Part shown: positions 50,168 to 58,498 of the stretch, one piece after another | Numbering within the stretch: position 1 is the stretch's first letter | How the letters are laid out: the number at the start of each line of letters is the position of its first letter | Source of the DNA: a bacterium | GTDB taxonomy: Bacteria; Actinomycetota; Acidimicrobiia; Spongiisociales; ZC4RG35 | Length of the DNA stretch: 64,000 bases | NCBI GenBank assembly: GCA_028824015.1 | Contig: JAPPFC010000030.1 | Location: 98 to 64,097 of the forward strand | Direction of reading: 5' to 3' | Program-made: the position numbers and the translations under genes | Notes under the pieces: model-generated | The model's database searches: none | What the model was told of the DNA's origin: nothing | Seen by the model: only the letters and a program-made list of their open reading frames with translations

Positions 50168-52228
50168 ATGAAGAGACTTTTAGTGTTGCTCTTGGTGGTC
50201 GGTCTGGTGGCGGCCGCATGCGGCGACGACGAGGCGGAAGTCACCCCGGACGAGATCGGCGACGAAGTTACAACCACCCCAGAGGAGTCGGACGAGGCCG
50301 AGCCGACCCCGACCGCGCCTGAGGAAGAGGCCGAAGTCACTTTGGATGAGTTGAATGTGGCTTACTTTTTGGAGTGGCCCACGGCCAACCAGGTTGCTCA
50401 GGCGGAGAAGACCTATGACCAGGCGCTCGGCGTGACCGTGAACTGGATACCGTTTGCCAGCGGAGGTGACATGGCACAGGCCATGGAGGCCGGAGACATC
50501 GACATCTCCTATTCCCAGGGGTTGACGCCCTTTGCCAACTTCGTGACGGGAGGTGCGGACCTGGTTCTTGTCGGGGTGGCAGTGGCTTACGCGGATGCCG
50601 ATAACTGCGTGGCCCATCCTGACTACGGCGTCACCAAGGAAAACGCCGCAGAGACCCTGGCCGGCCAGAGCATCTACACGCCGCTGGGGAACGTCACTCA
50701 TTTCAAGCTTTTGAAGATGTTGGAGCATCTGGGGGTTGAACTTGACAGTGTCGAGTTGATCCAGTCCGAGGGTGGACCGGCGGCGGTAGCCGCGCTTGAC
50801 ACCGGCAACGTGGCCATGGCGTGCGCGTTCGGCGGTGCCGTCAACGCCATGATCGCCAACGGCGGCAACCTGGTGATGACCGGTACGGAGCAGGAAGCCA
50901 TCGGGATCCGGGTGTTCGACATCATCTCGACAACCGGCACCTTCGCCGCTGAACATCCCGACGTCATAACTGCGTTCCTGCAGGTGACCGAGGACGCCAA
51001 CCGTGCTTACAACGATGACCGGGAACCGTTCATCGACACCATCGCAGGTGCGGCTGGTATGGACCGCGCTTCGACCATCGCTCTGCTGGACGCGTTCAGC
51101 TTCCCCGAAAAGGACGCGCAGCTTTCGGATGCGTGGCTCGGGGGAACCGTGCAGTCTGTGATGAAGGAGCAGATGGACTTCTTCGTGGAACAGGGCGAGA
51201 TCGACTCGGCCCTCGCCGACTACAGCCAGTTCGTGGACACCAGCTTCCTCGAAGGGGTCACGGCCAGAGAGGTCGCGATGACCGATGCCACGCCCGAGAT
51301 GACCTTGGATGAGTTGAATGTGGCTTACTTTTTGGAGTGGCCCACGGCCAACCAGGTTGCTCAGGCGGAGAAGACCTATGACCAGGCGCTCGGCGTGACC
51401 GTGAACTGGATACCGTTTGCCAGCGGAGGTGACATGGCACAGGCCATGGAGGCCGGAGACATCGACATCTCCTATTCCCAGGGGTTGACGCCCTTTGCCA
51501 ACTTCGTGACGGGAGGTGCGGACCTGGTTCTTGTCGGGGTGGCAGTGGCTTACGCGGATGCCGATAACTGCGTGGCCCATCCTGACTACGGCGTCACCAA
51601 GGAAAACGCCGCAGAGACCCTGGCCGGCCAGAGCATCTACACGCCGCTGGGGAACGTCACTCATTTCAAGCTTTTGAAGATGTTGGAGCATCTGGGGGTT
51701 GAACTTGACAGTGTCGAGTTGATCCAGTCCGAGGGTGGACCGGCGGCGGTAGCCGCGCTTGACACCGGCAACGTGGCCATGGCGTGCGCGTTCGGCGGTG
51801 CCGTCAACGCCATGATCGCCAACGGCGGCAACCTGGTGATGACCGGTACGGAGCAGGAAGCCATCGGGATCCGGGTGTTCGACATCATCTCGACAACCGG
51901 CACCTTCGCCGCTGAACATCCCGACGTCATAACTGCGTTCCTGCAGGTGACCGAGGACGCCAACCGTGCTTACAACGATGACCGGGAACCGTTCATCGAC
52001 ACCATCGCAGGTGCGGCTGGTATGGACCGCGCTTCGACCATCGCTCTGCTGGACGCGTTCAGCTTCCCCGAAAAGGACGCGCAGCTTTCGGATGCGTGGC
52101 TCGGGGGAACCGTGCAGTCTGTGATGAAGGAGCAGATGGACTTCTTCGTGGAACAGGGCGAGATCGACTCGGCCCTCGCCGACTACAGCCAGTTCGTGGA
52201 CACCAGCTTCCTCGAAGGCGTGGACTAG
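50168..52228 (+). CDS. NitT/TauT-family (NMT1/ThiY/SsuA-like) ABC substrate-binding lipoprotein containing an in-frame tandem duplication of the whole binding domain
   Basis: Lipoprotein signal MKRLLVLLLVVGLVAAACG. The mature region 50342-51254 is identical to 51305-52217 (offset 963 bp = 321 codons). Confidence 0.7.
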   Translation: MKRLLVLLLVVGLVAAACGDDEAEVTPDEIGDEVTTTPEESDEAEPTPTAPEEEAEVTLDELNVAYFLEWPTANQVAQAEKTYDQALGVTVNWIPFASGGDMAQAMEAGDIDISYSQGLTPFANFVTGGADLVLVGVAVAYADADNCVAHPDYGVTKENAAETLAGQSIYTPLGNVTHFKLLKMLEHLGVELDSVELIQSEGGPAAVAALDTGNVAMACAFGGAVNAMIANGGNLVMTGTEQEAIGIRVFDIISTTGTFAAEHPDVITAFLQVTEDANRAYNDDREPFIDTIAGAAGMDRASTIALLDAFSFPEKDAQLSDAWLGGTVQSVMKEQMDFFVEQGEIDSALADYSQFVDTSFLEGVTAREVAMTDATPEMTLDELNVAYFLEWPTANQVAQAEKTYDQALGVTVNWIPFASGGDMAQAMEAGDIDISYSQGLTPFANFVTGGADLVLVGVAVAYADADNCVAHPDYGVTKENAAETLAGQSIYTPLGNVTHFKLLKMLEHLGVELDSVELIQSEGGPAAVAALDTGNVAMACAFGGAVNAMIANGGNLVMTGTEQEAIGIRVFDIISTTGTFAAEHPDVITAFLQVTEDANRAYNDDREPFIDTIAGAAGMDRASTIALLDAFSFPEKDAQLSDAWLGGTVQSVMKEQMDFFVEQGEIDSALADYSQFVDTSFLEGVD
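50342..52217 (+). repeat. Near-perfect direct tandem repeat: 915 bp at offset 963 bp
   Basis: The 100-aa antisense ORFs 50698-51000 and 51661-51963 are identical. The 579-aa antisense ORF contains the same ~200-aa block twice. Direct comparison of 50342.. and 51305.. agrees. Confidence 0.85.
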
Positions 52229-52313
52229 AGGGCGACTCGTAAATGATCACCGGTGGGCCAGGATGCTCCTTGGGTTGGTCCTGGCTCACCGGCCCCCATT
52301 GAAGGAGCAATAG

Positions 52314-53687
52314 GTGCAAGGAGTCGTTGACGGGCTGGCAAGAGCCTTTGGCGCGGTCACACAGGGTGTTGCCGCCTCTGCCGACCTGTTTGCTTGGGTT
52401 GCGTTGGCCGCGGCGGCCGCGGCGACGGTGTGGATGATCGTCAATCTCCTGGCTACACCCTCGGGGCGGTTCGTCGCTGCCGACCGGGCTGCTTTGCCCA
52501 GCGACGGCACCCTGCTGGTCGGACAGGTCATGGCGTTGACCGCTCTGTTGGTCGGCGTGGTTCTCTCGTTCCAGGAATCTCCCGCGGTTTGGCAGTCTGT
52601 GGTCCCAATGGTCGGCGGCGGCGCCCTGCTGGCCCTGTTGGTGGTCTACCGGCGCTCCGCCGACGACCGCCAGGCCCGTATGGCGCATGCTGTGTGGCTG
52701 GCCCTGGCCGTGGCAGTCGCCGCGTCTACTCTCGTCGCCTATCTGGTGCGTTCGGGTTCGGCAATCGTCTATTTGACATTGCTCGGGTTGGCTCTGCTGG
52801 TCGCCAGGGCCTGGCTTTTCATCGGGCGCCCTGAGGTGCGTTTCGATCCCTCCCAGTTGACGGTGACCACCGATTCGCGGACGGATCATCCACTGGTGGT
52901 GGAAGACGTGGGGATGATCTACGACCTGCCCGACGGCGGTCAAGTGGAAGCCCTGGCCAATGTCAGCTTCACATTGGAACCGGGCCGGTTGCTGACCTTG
53001 CTCGGCCCGTCGGGCTGTGGCAAGACCACACTCCTGAACATAGCGGCGGGATTCCTGGCGCCCACCTCGGGCGTGGTGAGGCTGGGAACCCAACCCATCA
53101 CCGGACCCGGCCAGGACCGGGGCATGGTCTTCCAGCAGGGAGCCCTGTTCGAGTGGCTCACCGTCAACGACAACGTGGGGTTCGGCGCCCGCATGAACGG
53201 CAGGTCCCGGCCCGCGTCCCGCGAGGCAGTGCAAGACCTGCTGCGCACCGTCGGACTGCAGGGATTCGGGGACAAGGCCGTCTATGAGTTGTCGGGCGGG
53301 ATGCAACAGAGGGTGGCTCTGGCTCGCTGCCTGGCCAATGACCCCGAGATCATCCTGATGGACGAACCCCTGGGGGCCCTGGACGCTCTCACCCGGGAGA
53401 AAATGCAGGCGCTGGTGCTGGACCTGTGGAACAAGACCGGCAAGACCATCATCTTGGTGACCCACAGCGTCGAGGAGGCCCTGTACCTGGGAGACCAACT
53501 CTTCGTGATGGCCCCCCGCCCGGGCCGCATCGAACGGCGATACGACTTGCCCTTCGCCAAAGAAGCCCTCACCGCCGATGCCCGTGAGTTGAAGACCTCG
53601 TCGGAGTTCATCTCGACCCGCGAGGAAATCCTCACGATGATCTGGGAAATGGAGGAACAGATCATGGGGACCGAGGGAGGCCGCTGA
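52314..53687 (+). CDS. ABC transporter ATP-binding protein (SsuB/TauB type) with an N-terminal ~190-aa 4-TM membrane extension
   Basis: Walker A GPSGCGKTT, signature LSGGMQQRVALAR, Walker B ILMDEPLGALD. The upstream in-frame region has four clear hydrophobic helices. Confidence 0.75.
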   Translation: MQGVVDGLARAFGAVTQGVAASADLFAWVALAAAAAATVWMIVNLLATPSGRFVAADRAALPSDGTLLVGQVMALTALLVGVVLSFQESPAVWQSVVPMVGGGALLALLVVYRRSADDRQARMAHAVWLALAVAVAASTLVAYLVRSGSAIVYLTLLGLALLVARAWLFIGRPEVRFDPSQLTVTTDSRTDHPLVVEDVGMIYDLPDGGQVEALANVSFTLEPGRLLTLLGPSGCGKTTLLNIAAGFLAPTSGVVRLGTQPITGPGQDRGMVFQQGALFEWLTVNDNVGFGARMNGRSRPASREAVQDLLRTVGLQGFGDKAVYELSGGMQQRVALARCLANDPEIILMDEPLGALDALTREKMQALVLDLWNKTGKTIILVTHSVEEALYLGDQLFVMAPRPGRIERRYDLPFAKEALTADARELKTSSEFISTREEILTMIWEMEEQIMGTEGGR

Positions 53688-54748
53688 TGGCGGAGACAAG
53701 ACCCCCCGACAGCGGCGGCGTGGGAACCATTAGGGGCACTCTCGCCGCGCTGTTCAGGCGATTCGGGTACCGCCGTGGAGGCACCGAAAGCGCCGGGAAG
53801 ACGGTCACCTTCGGCGACGCGGCGGTGGTCAAAGGCTCCCTGGCATGGACCATCCCCAGCCTCCTGGTCATCTTGGCGGTGTGGTATCTCGCCACCAACG
53901 TCTGGGGGATGCCCCAAGAGTGGGTAGAGCACGGAGAACAGGTTCGAGCGGGCCTGTCCGCCGACGAGAGCTACGGCCAGCGGGACCTACTGAGGGACTG
54001 CGAAGCCTCCCAAGAAAACCCGGGTGACTACCCCGGTCTCCCGCCCTGCTCCTACACCCAGTGGGTGAGCGAACGGGTGCTGCCCAGCCCGGCACAACTC
54101 TGGGACGCCTCGTGGAACTTCGCCCTGTACGGCTACAGCGGATTCTCGATGTGGGACCACCTCTGGTTGAGCTTCAGCCGCCTGGCCAAGGGACTCTTCT
54201 GGGGAGTCATCCTCGGCGTGCCCATCGGCCTGGCCATGGGTCTCTCCAATCGCTGGCGCGGAGTATTCGATCCCATAGTCGAGTTGCTCAGACCGATTCC
54301 GCCCCTGGCCCTCATCCCGCTCTTCATCGTTTGGTTCGGAATAGGCGAAGAGGGCAAGGTGAACCTGCTCCTGTTCGCTTCGATCTGGATCATGGTCATC
54401 GCGGCCCGCTCGGGCGTGCTGGCGGTGAACATCAGCAAGGTCCATGCCGCCTATTCGCTGGGCGCCTCCAAATCACAGATCCTCCGACACGTCATCCTCC
54501 CAAACGCCCTGCCCGAAATACTCACCGGAGTCCGGGTAGCGATAGGAGTGTGCTGGGGCACCCTGGTGGCGGCCGAACTCCTGGGCGCCAGTGCCGGACT
54601 GGGATTCACCATCTTCAAAGCCCGCCAGTTCTTCCTGCTGGACCTCATGCTCTCCGCAGTGATCCTCATCAGCATCCTCGGCGTAACCATGGACATCGTC
54701 ATGCGCATGGCCGAAAAACGCCTCATCCCCTGGCGAGGAAGAGGCTAA
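53687..54748 (+). CDS. ABC transporter permease (SsuC/TauC type)
   Basis: ATGA overlap with the ATPase stop. EAA-like loop region (ASKSQILRHVILPNALPEI). An extended Cys-containing periplasmic loop after TM1. Confidence 0.75.
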   Translation: MAETRPPDSGGVGTIRGTLAALFRRFGYRRGGTESAGKTVTFGDAAVVKGSLAWTIPSLLVILAVWYLATNVWGMPQEWVEHGEQVRAGLSADESYGQRDLLRDCEASQENPGDYPGLPPCSYTQWVSERVLPSPAQLWDASWNFALYGYSGFSMWDHLWLSFSRLAKGLFWGVILGVPIGLAMGLSNRWRGVFDPIVELLRPIPPLALIPLFIVWFGIGEEGKVNLLLFASIWIMVIAARSGVLAVNISKVHAAYSLGASKSQILRHVILPNALPEILTGVRVAIGVCWGTLVAAELLGASAGLGFTIFKARQFFLLDLMLSAVILISILGVTMDIVMRMAEKRLIPWRGRG

Positions 54749-54873
54749 GGGCGAGCCTCCGGTCCTCGGGAGCCTCTTTCTTTAGAAGGGGAACTGTCGT
54801 ACCTGAGTGCCAAAAGAAACTGGGAGGAGCCACCCCGCGGCAAGGACACAACTCGATTTGGTCCGTCCGTCAA

Positions 54874-55512
54874 TCAGCCAGTCGATTCTGTTGTCGAACC
54901 TGGGGCAACACTGCCCATCAACTTCGCAAAGAGGGCAAGCCAGTTTTGTTCGGACGGAATGTAGGGATCCGCCAGTCCGGCAGCCAACAACAGATGGGTT
55001 CCGATTCCGATCGCTTGACAAAACAGCGTCAAGGCAGCGGTGTCCTGTTGGGAGTCGCAGAATCCCTCGTCCTTGCTCCTCTCGATCATCACGCCCAACT
55101 GGTGGGCTTGATCGTTTAGGAAACCCTTGAGGCGTTCTTGGATGACCTCGTTGTTGCGGGCGCTGCCGAACACCTGCACCAGCACGTCTTTTGTTTGTTC
55201 AGGCTGCAACAGTTGGGCTGCCCACCCCAGGACCATAACGGTTGTGGGCAAGTCCGCGATACCCATGTCCCTGATCCTCTGTTCGGGCAATAACTGCTCG
55301 AAGAGATGGTCGAGGGCAGCGGCCATCAGATCACTTTTGTGAGGCCACCGCGGGTATACCGCACCAGGGGTGACCCCGGCGCGGCGGGCGATGTTGCTGA
55401 TGACTGCCTTGTCATACCCGCGTTCTACGAACTCTTCGGCGGCAGCCTCCAGCACCCGCCTCGCGGTCTCCTCCGAGCCGCGTCGCCGACGTAATCTGAC
55501 TTCGGTAGGCAT
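54874..55512 (-). CDS. TetR-family transcriptional regulator
   Basis: N-terminal HTH (RRVLEAAAEEFVERGYDKAVISNIARRAGVTPGAVYPRWPHKSDL). Confidence 0.75.
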   Translation of the reverse strand: MPTEVRLRRRRGSEETARRVLEAAAEEFVERGYDKAVISNIARRAGVTPGAVYPRWPHKSDLMAAALDHLFEQLLPEQRIRDMGIADLPTTVMVLGWAAQLLQPEQTKDVLVQVFGSARNNEVIQERLKGFLNDQAHQLGVMIERSKDEGFCDSQQDTAALTLFCQAIGIGTHLLLAAGLADPYIPSEQNWLALFAKLMGSVAPGSTTESTG

Positions 55513-55789
55513 AGCACTCTCCCGGAAAGAACTATCTTAGATTACCTCCGAGGGGGCCCGTGGCACGGGAGAACTCAACCCTGCCCGCGCCGGACCAGCG
55601 AAACAAATCGCCTAAACCCCTCAACCCCCACCATCCCCTGGACCGGCGCGCACCCTGTTACCGACAACATCGGCCCTCACCACCAAGACCCTCCCCCGGG
55701 CAGAACAGACCCCGCTCACTCTCACAACCACCATGGAATTCCCCAATAGGAACGATTACGCACGACATTTCCCGCGCACGGATAGCGCT

Positions 55790-55960
55790 TCCCGTCGGGG
55801 TAGCCCCGGCCCCGCAGGCATAGGGGCCGTGTTGTGCAGAGGCGATCCAGGGGACTGCAACCACGTGGACGCTGTGGCGCGGAGCATCGGCCGGGCCACC
55901 AACAACGAAGCTGAATATCGAGCAGTTATAGGTGCTAGGGCACTCTGTGTTTCGGGCAGG
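55790..55960 (+). pseudogene. Fragment of an RNase H-like domain (first ~55 aa only)
   Basis: GSPGPAGIGAVL...VDAVARSIGRATNNEAEYRAVIGARAL matches the N-terminal half of RNase H (GNPGPAGYGAVV...GRATNNVAEYRGLIAGL). The sequence then degenerates. Lower GC. Confidence 0.35.
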
Positions 55961-56246
55961 CGATCGGCACCCAACCCGCAGCCTTGGTCTTGGAGGTTGT
56001 TTTCGGCTGGGCCGCATCCTGCAACTTCCCATCCGACCCCAAGAGGAGCCGCTTCCACGATCTCCCTCGGGTCACCCCCAAGGGTGCCTACGCACGGGGT
56101 TAGAAAGCAGCAAGTCCAGAGACAACGGGGTTGCCCGGCTTGTCTTTCGGCTGTTAATGTGGGCCGAGATGCTTGAGGTTCTTGCCGCTGCGGCGCTGTT
56201 GGCGGGCGGTTGGTTCCAGCGTTATAGCCCTTGAGGCATTTCGTTC

Positions 56247-56840
56247 TTGGGTCAGTTCGGCCCGACTTTTGCTACTAGTCGGGGTGTCCGGCGCTTCTCT
56301 CACAGCGGCCTGTACGCGTTGGGTGTGTTGGTGTCTTCAACGCTGTTCTTACTGGGGGTCTCGGCTGCGGGGGTGTGGTTCAAGGAGATGGCGGGCCGCC
56401 GGACCTCGGTAGCTGTTGCATTGGCGCTGGCTGGACTGCTGTTGCTCTTGGACGGGATGAGGTTGTGGGGCGGGCGTTCTACTTCTTTCGGGCCGAAGCG
56501 GCAGACTCCTTACGACTGGCGGTTGAGAGGGCGGGTGGGTGTTGTCGCCTGGGGTGTCGACACGGGTTTGCCTGTTTCGACGGTGAGAGCCACGCCGTTG
56601 CCGGTGCTCGGTGTGATCCTTGCTGCTACTGGTCATTCGCTCTGGTTTTACGGACTGTTCTATGGGTTCGGTTTGACGTTGGGTGTGCTGGCCGGGTTGC
56701 CGTGGGCCCGCTCGTTCGTCCGGATTGATTGGGCGATGGCGGAACTGCAACGCAGGCATCGTAGGATCAACCCGGTTCTACTGGTCGTTCCGAGTGGCCT
56801 GACGGTGGTTGCGTTGGTGTCAGCGTTAGTCCTTGGCTAA
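56247..56840 (+). CDS. Hypothetical membrane protein (4-5 TM)
   Basis: 197 aa, hydrophobic helices. First gene of the co-oriented cluster. Confidence 0.45.
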   Translation: MGQFGPTFATSRGVRRFSHSGLYALGVLVSSTLFLLGVSAAGVWFKEMAGRRTSVAVALALAGLLLLLDGMRLWGGRSTSFGPKRQTPYDWRLRGRVGVVAWGVDTGLPVSTVRATPLPVLGVILAATGHSLWFYGLFYGFGLTLGVLAGLPWARSFVRIDWAMAELQRRHRRINPVLLVVPSGLTVVALVSALVLG

Positions 56841-56872
56841 TAGTTGTAGCTACAACTTAGCTCACTAACATC

Positions 56873-57307
56873 ATGTCGAGTGTGAGCGACATGCGGCGTT
56901 ACACCCGACCACGCCCGGGCCTTTATGGATCGAGTGAGTTCCTCGAGTTTCTCGGACGGCCGCTGGCGCAACCCGCTCAGCGTGATCGAGGTGGGGCTGT
57001 TGAGTCCGGAGCGGAGGCAGGGCATGGTGTTCTGGAGTTGGGCGTCAGCGAATCAAGACCAGACAGTGGATTCGTGAACGTGAGGCTGGACAGCACCGGC
57101 CAAGTCGTGCGGGCCAGGTTCAGCGGCTTCATCCCGGGGTATCGGCTGGCACCCGGGGATGAGTTGTGCGTGGAACTCGTGGACGATGGGTGGCGGACCG
57201 TTCCCGAAGTGCGTCACACTATCAAGCACCGCGATCGCATTGAATTCTGGGGGGTTAACCGCCTGACCGGTGAGTTCCGGCTCCTAGCCGAGAATTATTA
57301 CGAGTGA
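56873..57307 (+). CDS. Hypothetical soluble protein
   Basis: 144 aa, no recognisable motifs. Confidence 0.4.
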   Translation: MSSVSDMRRYTRPRPGLYGSSEFLEFLGRPLAQPAQRDRGGAVESGAEAGHGVLELGVSESRPDSGFVNVRLDSTGQVVRARFSGFIPGYRLAPGDELCVELVDDGWRTVPEVRHTIKHRDRIEFWGVNRLTGEFRLLAENYYE

Positions 57308-57314
57308 TCAAGCC

Positions 57315-57926
57315 TTGAACCTGGAGTGGATGGGTGTTCCGGTGCTGGTGGTGGCCGCGTTGCTTCTCTTAAGCGGCCTGCCGAAGATCGCAGATCCCAG
57401 ACCCGTGGCCGGAACCATGGAGTGGCTGTACGATCAGGTATCGGCACGCTGGCGCGGTTCGGGCGGTTCCCCGGTGGATCTGTCTCGTCCGGGCCGGTTG
57501 CTGGGACTGGCGGAGGTGGGTGTGGCCGGTTGGGTGGTGCTGGGACCGTCGTGGGGGGCGGCGGTCGCTTTGACTCTGCTGGCCGCGGGGTTCGCGGCGG
57601 CGGGCCTTGTGGGCGCCTTGTCTGACGTGCAGGTGGCTTGTGCCTGTTTCGGCAGGCAGGGGCGACCGCTGGGTTACTTTCATGTCCTGCTGTTTCCGGT
57701 CTGGGTAGGAGCGGCGTGGTGCGTGGGTCGGGTCGAAGGGTTCGGAGGGTTGGATGAGCGTTTGCTGGCGTTGGGGCTGTGCTGTGTTGGTGTCTTGTGC
57801 GTGTACCTGGTGAGGATGTGGGCGGCGTTGATGCCGTTGGCTCAGCACCGGCGTCGGGCAGCGATGCGGGTGGGTACTGTGACGCGGGTCGCCCATGGAG
57901 AGGCAGAGTGGTTGTTGCCGCGTTGA
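57315..57926 (+). CDS. MauE/DoxX-like membrane protein
   Basis: 203 aa, 4-5 TM, with the N-terminal VAALLLLSGLPKIADP pattern of the MauE family. Confidence 0.5.
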   Translation: MNLEWMGVPVLVVAALLLLSGLPKIADPRPVAGTMEWLYDQVSARWRGSGGSPVDLSRPGRLLGLAEVGVAGWVVLGPSWGAAVALTLLAAGFAAAGLVGALSDVQVACACFGRQGRPLGYFHVLLFPVWVGAAWCVGRVEGFGGLDERLLALGLCCVGVLCVYLVRMWAALMPLAQHRRRAAMRVGTVTRVAHGEAEWLLPR

Positions 57927-58498
57927 TCGTCTCCATAGTGGCCCTGGTGGTGAGTGCTCTGTGCGCGCTGGCGGTGATGGAGTTGCTAGCAAGTCGGTCC
58001 CACGGCAGGACGGAGGTAGATGACTCTCTGATCGAAGAGTTCGAGGTGCCGGCGAGCGTGGCTGGCACCGCCGCCAGTTCCCACGGTCTGCCGGAACGGA
58101 TCGACCATCTGGACCGTCATCTGGCTCTGTTCCTGTCCCCCATGTGTGCTCACTGCGCGGCGATCGCCTCCTCCCTGGGCGGGATGGTGCCTGATGACTT
58201 GACGGTGGTGGTAACCGCTTCTGCTCCCGAACGTATGCGTGTCTGGTCCCGGGATCGGGGCTTGTCGACTGACGACGTGGTCTTTGACGACGACATGTCC
58301 ATCGTGGGAAGCCTCAAGGTGGCGTCCAGCCCTACGGTGGTGGGCTTCGGCGCGGGCCGGGTGGTCTTTGCGGCCGGCATCGGAGGTAAGGCCGCGTTGG
58401 AGAAGTTGTTGGAGCAATGCTCTTCTGGGTTCTCCGAGGACATCTCTGATCTCTTGGGGCCAACGTCCGGGCAGGAACCCGGCGGCTCCCCGGGGTGA
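57908..58498 (+). CDS. Membrane-anchored thioredoxin-fold thiol:disulfide oxidoreductase (MauD/TlpA-like, CAHC active site)
   Basis: GTG start overlapping the MauE stop by 19 nt. N-terminal TM anchor, then LFLSPMCAHCAAI (CxxC). Confidence 0.55.
   Translation: MVVAALIVSIVALVVSALCALAVMELLASRSHGRTEVDDSLIEEFEVPASVAGTAASSHGLPERIDHLDRHLALFLSPMCAHCAAIASSLGGMVPDDLTVVVTASAPERMRVWSRDRGLSTDDVVFDDDMSIVGSLKVASSPTVVGFGAGRVVFAAGIGGKAALEKLLEQCSSGFSEDISDLLGPTSGQEPGGSPG

Noticed and set aside
50180-51919. 579-aa minus-strand ORF
   Set aside because: Antisense shadow of the duplicated SBP gene. Used only as evidence for the exact duplication.
50342-52217. CRISPR array or other non-coding repeat
   Set aside because: The repeats are long (915 bp and 549 bp), in-frame and protein-coding. 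There are no short spacer-repeat units anywhere in the window.
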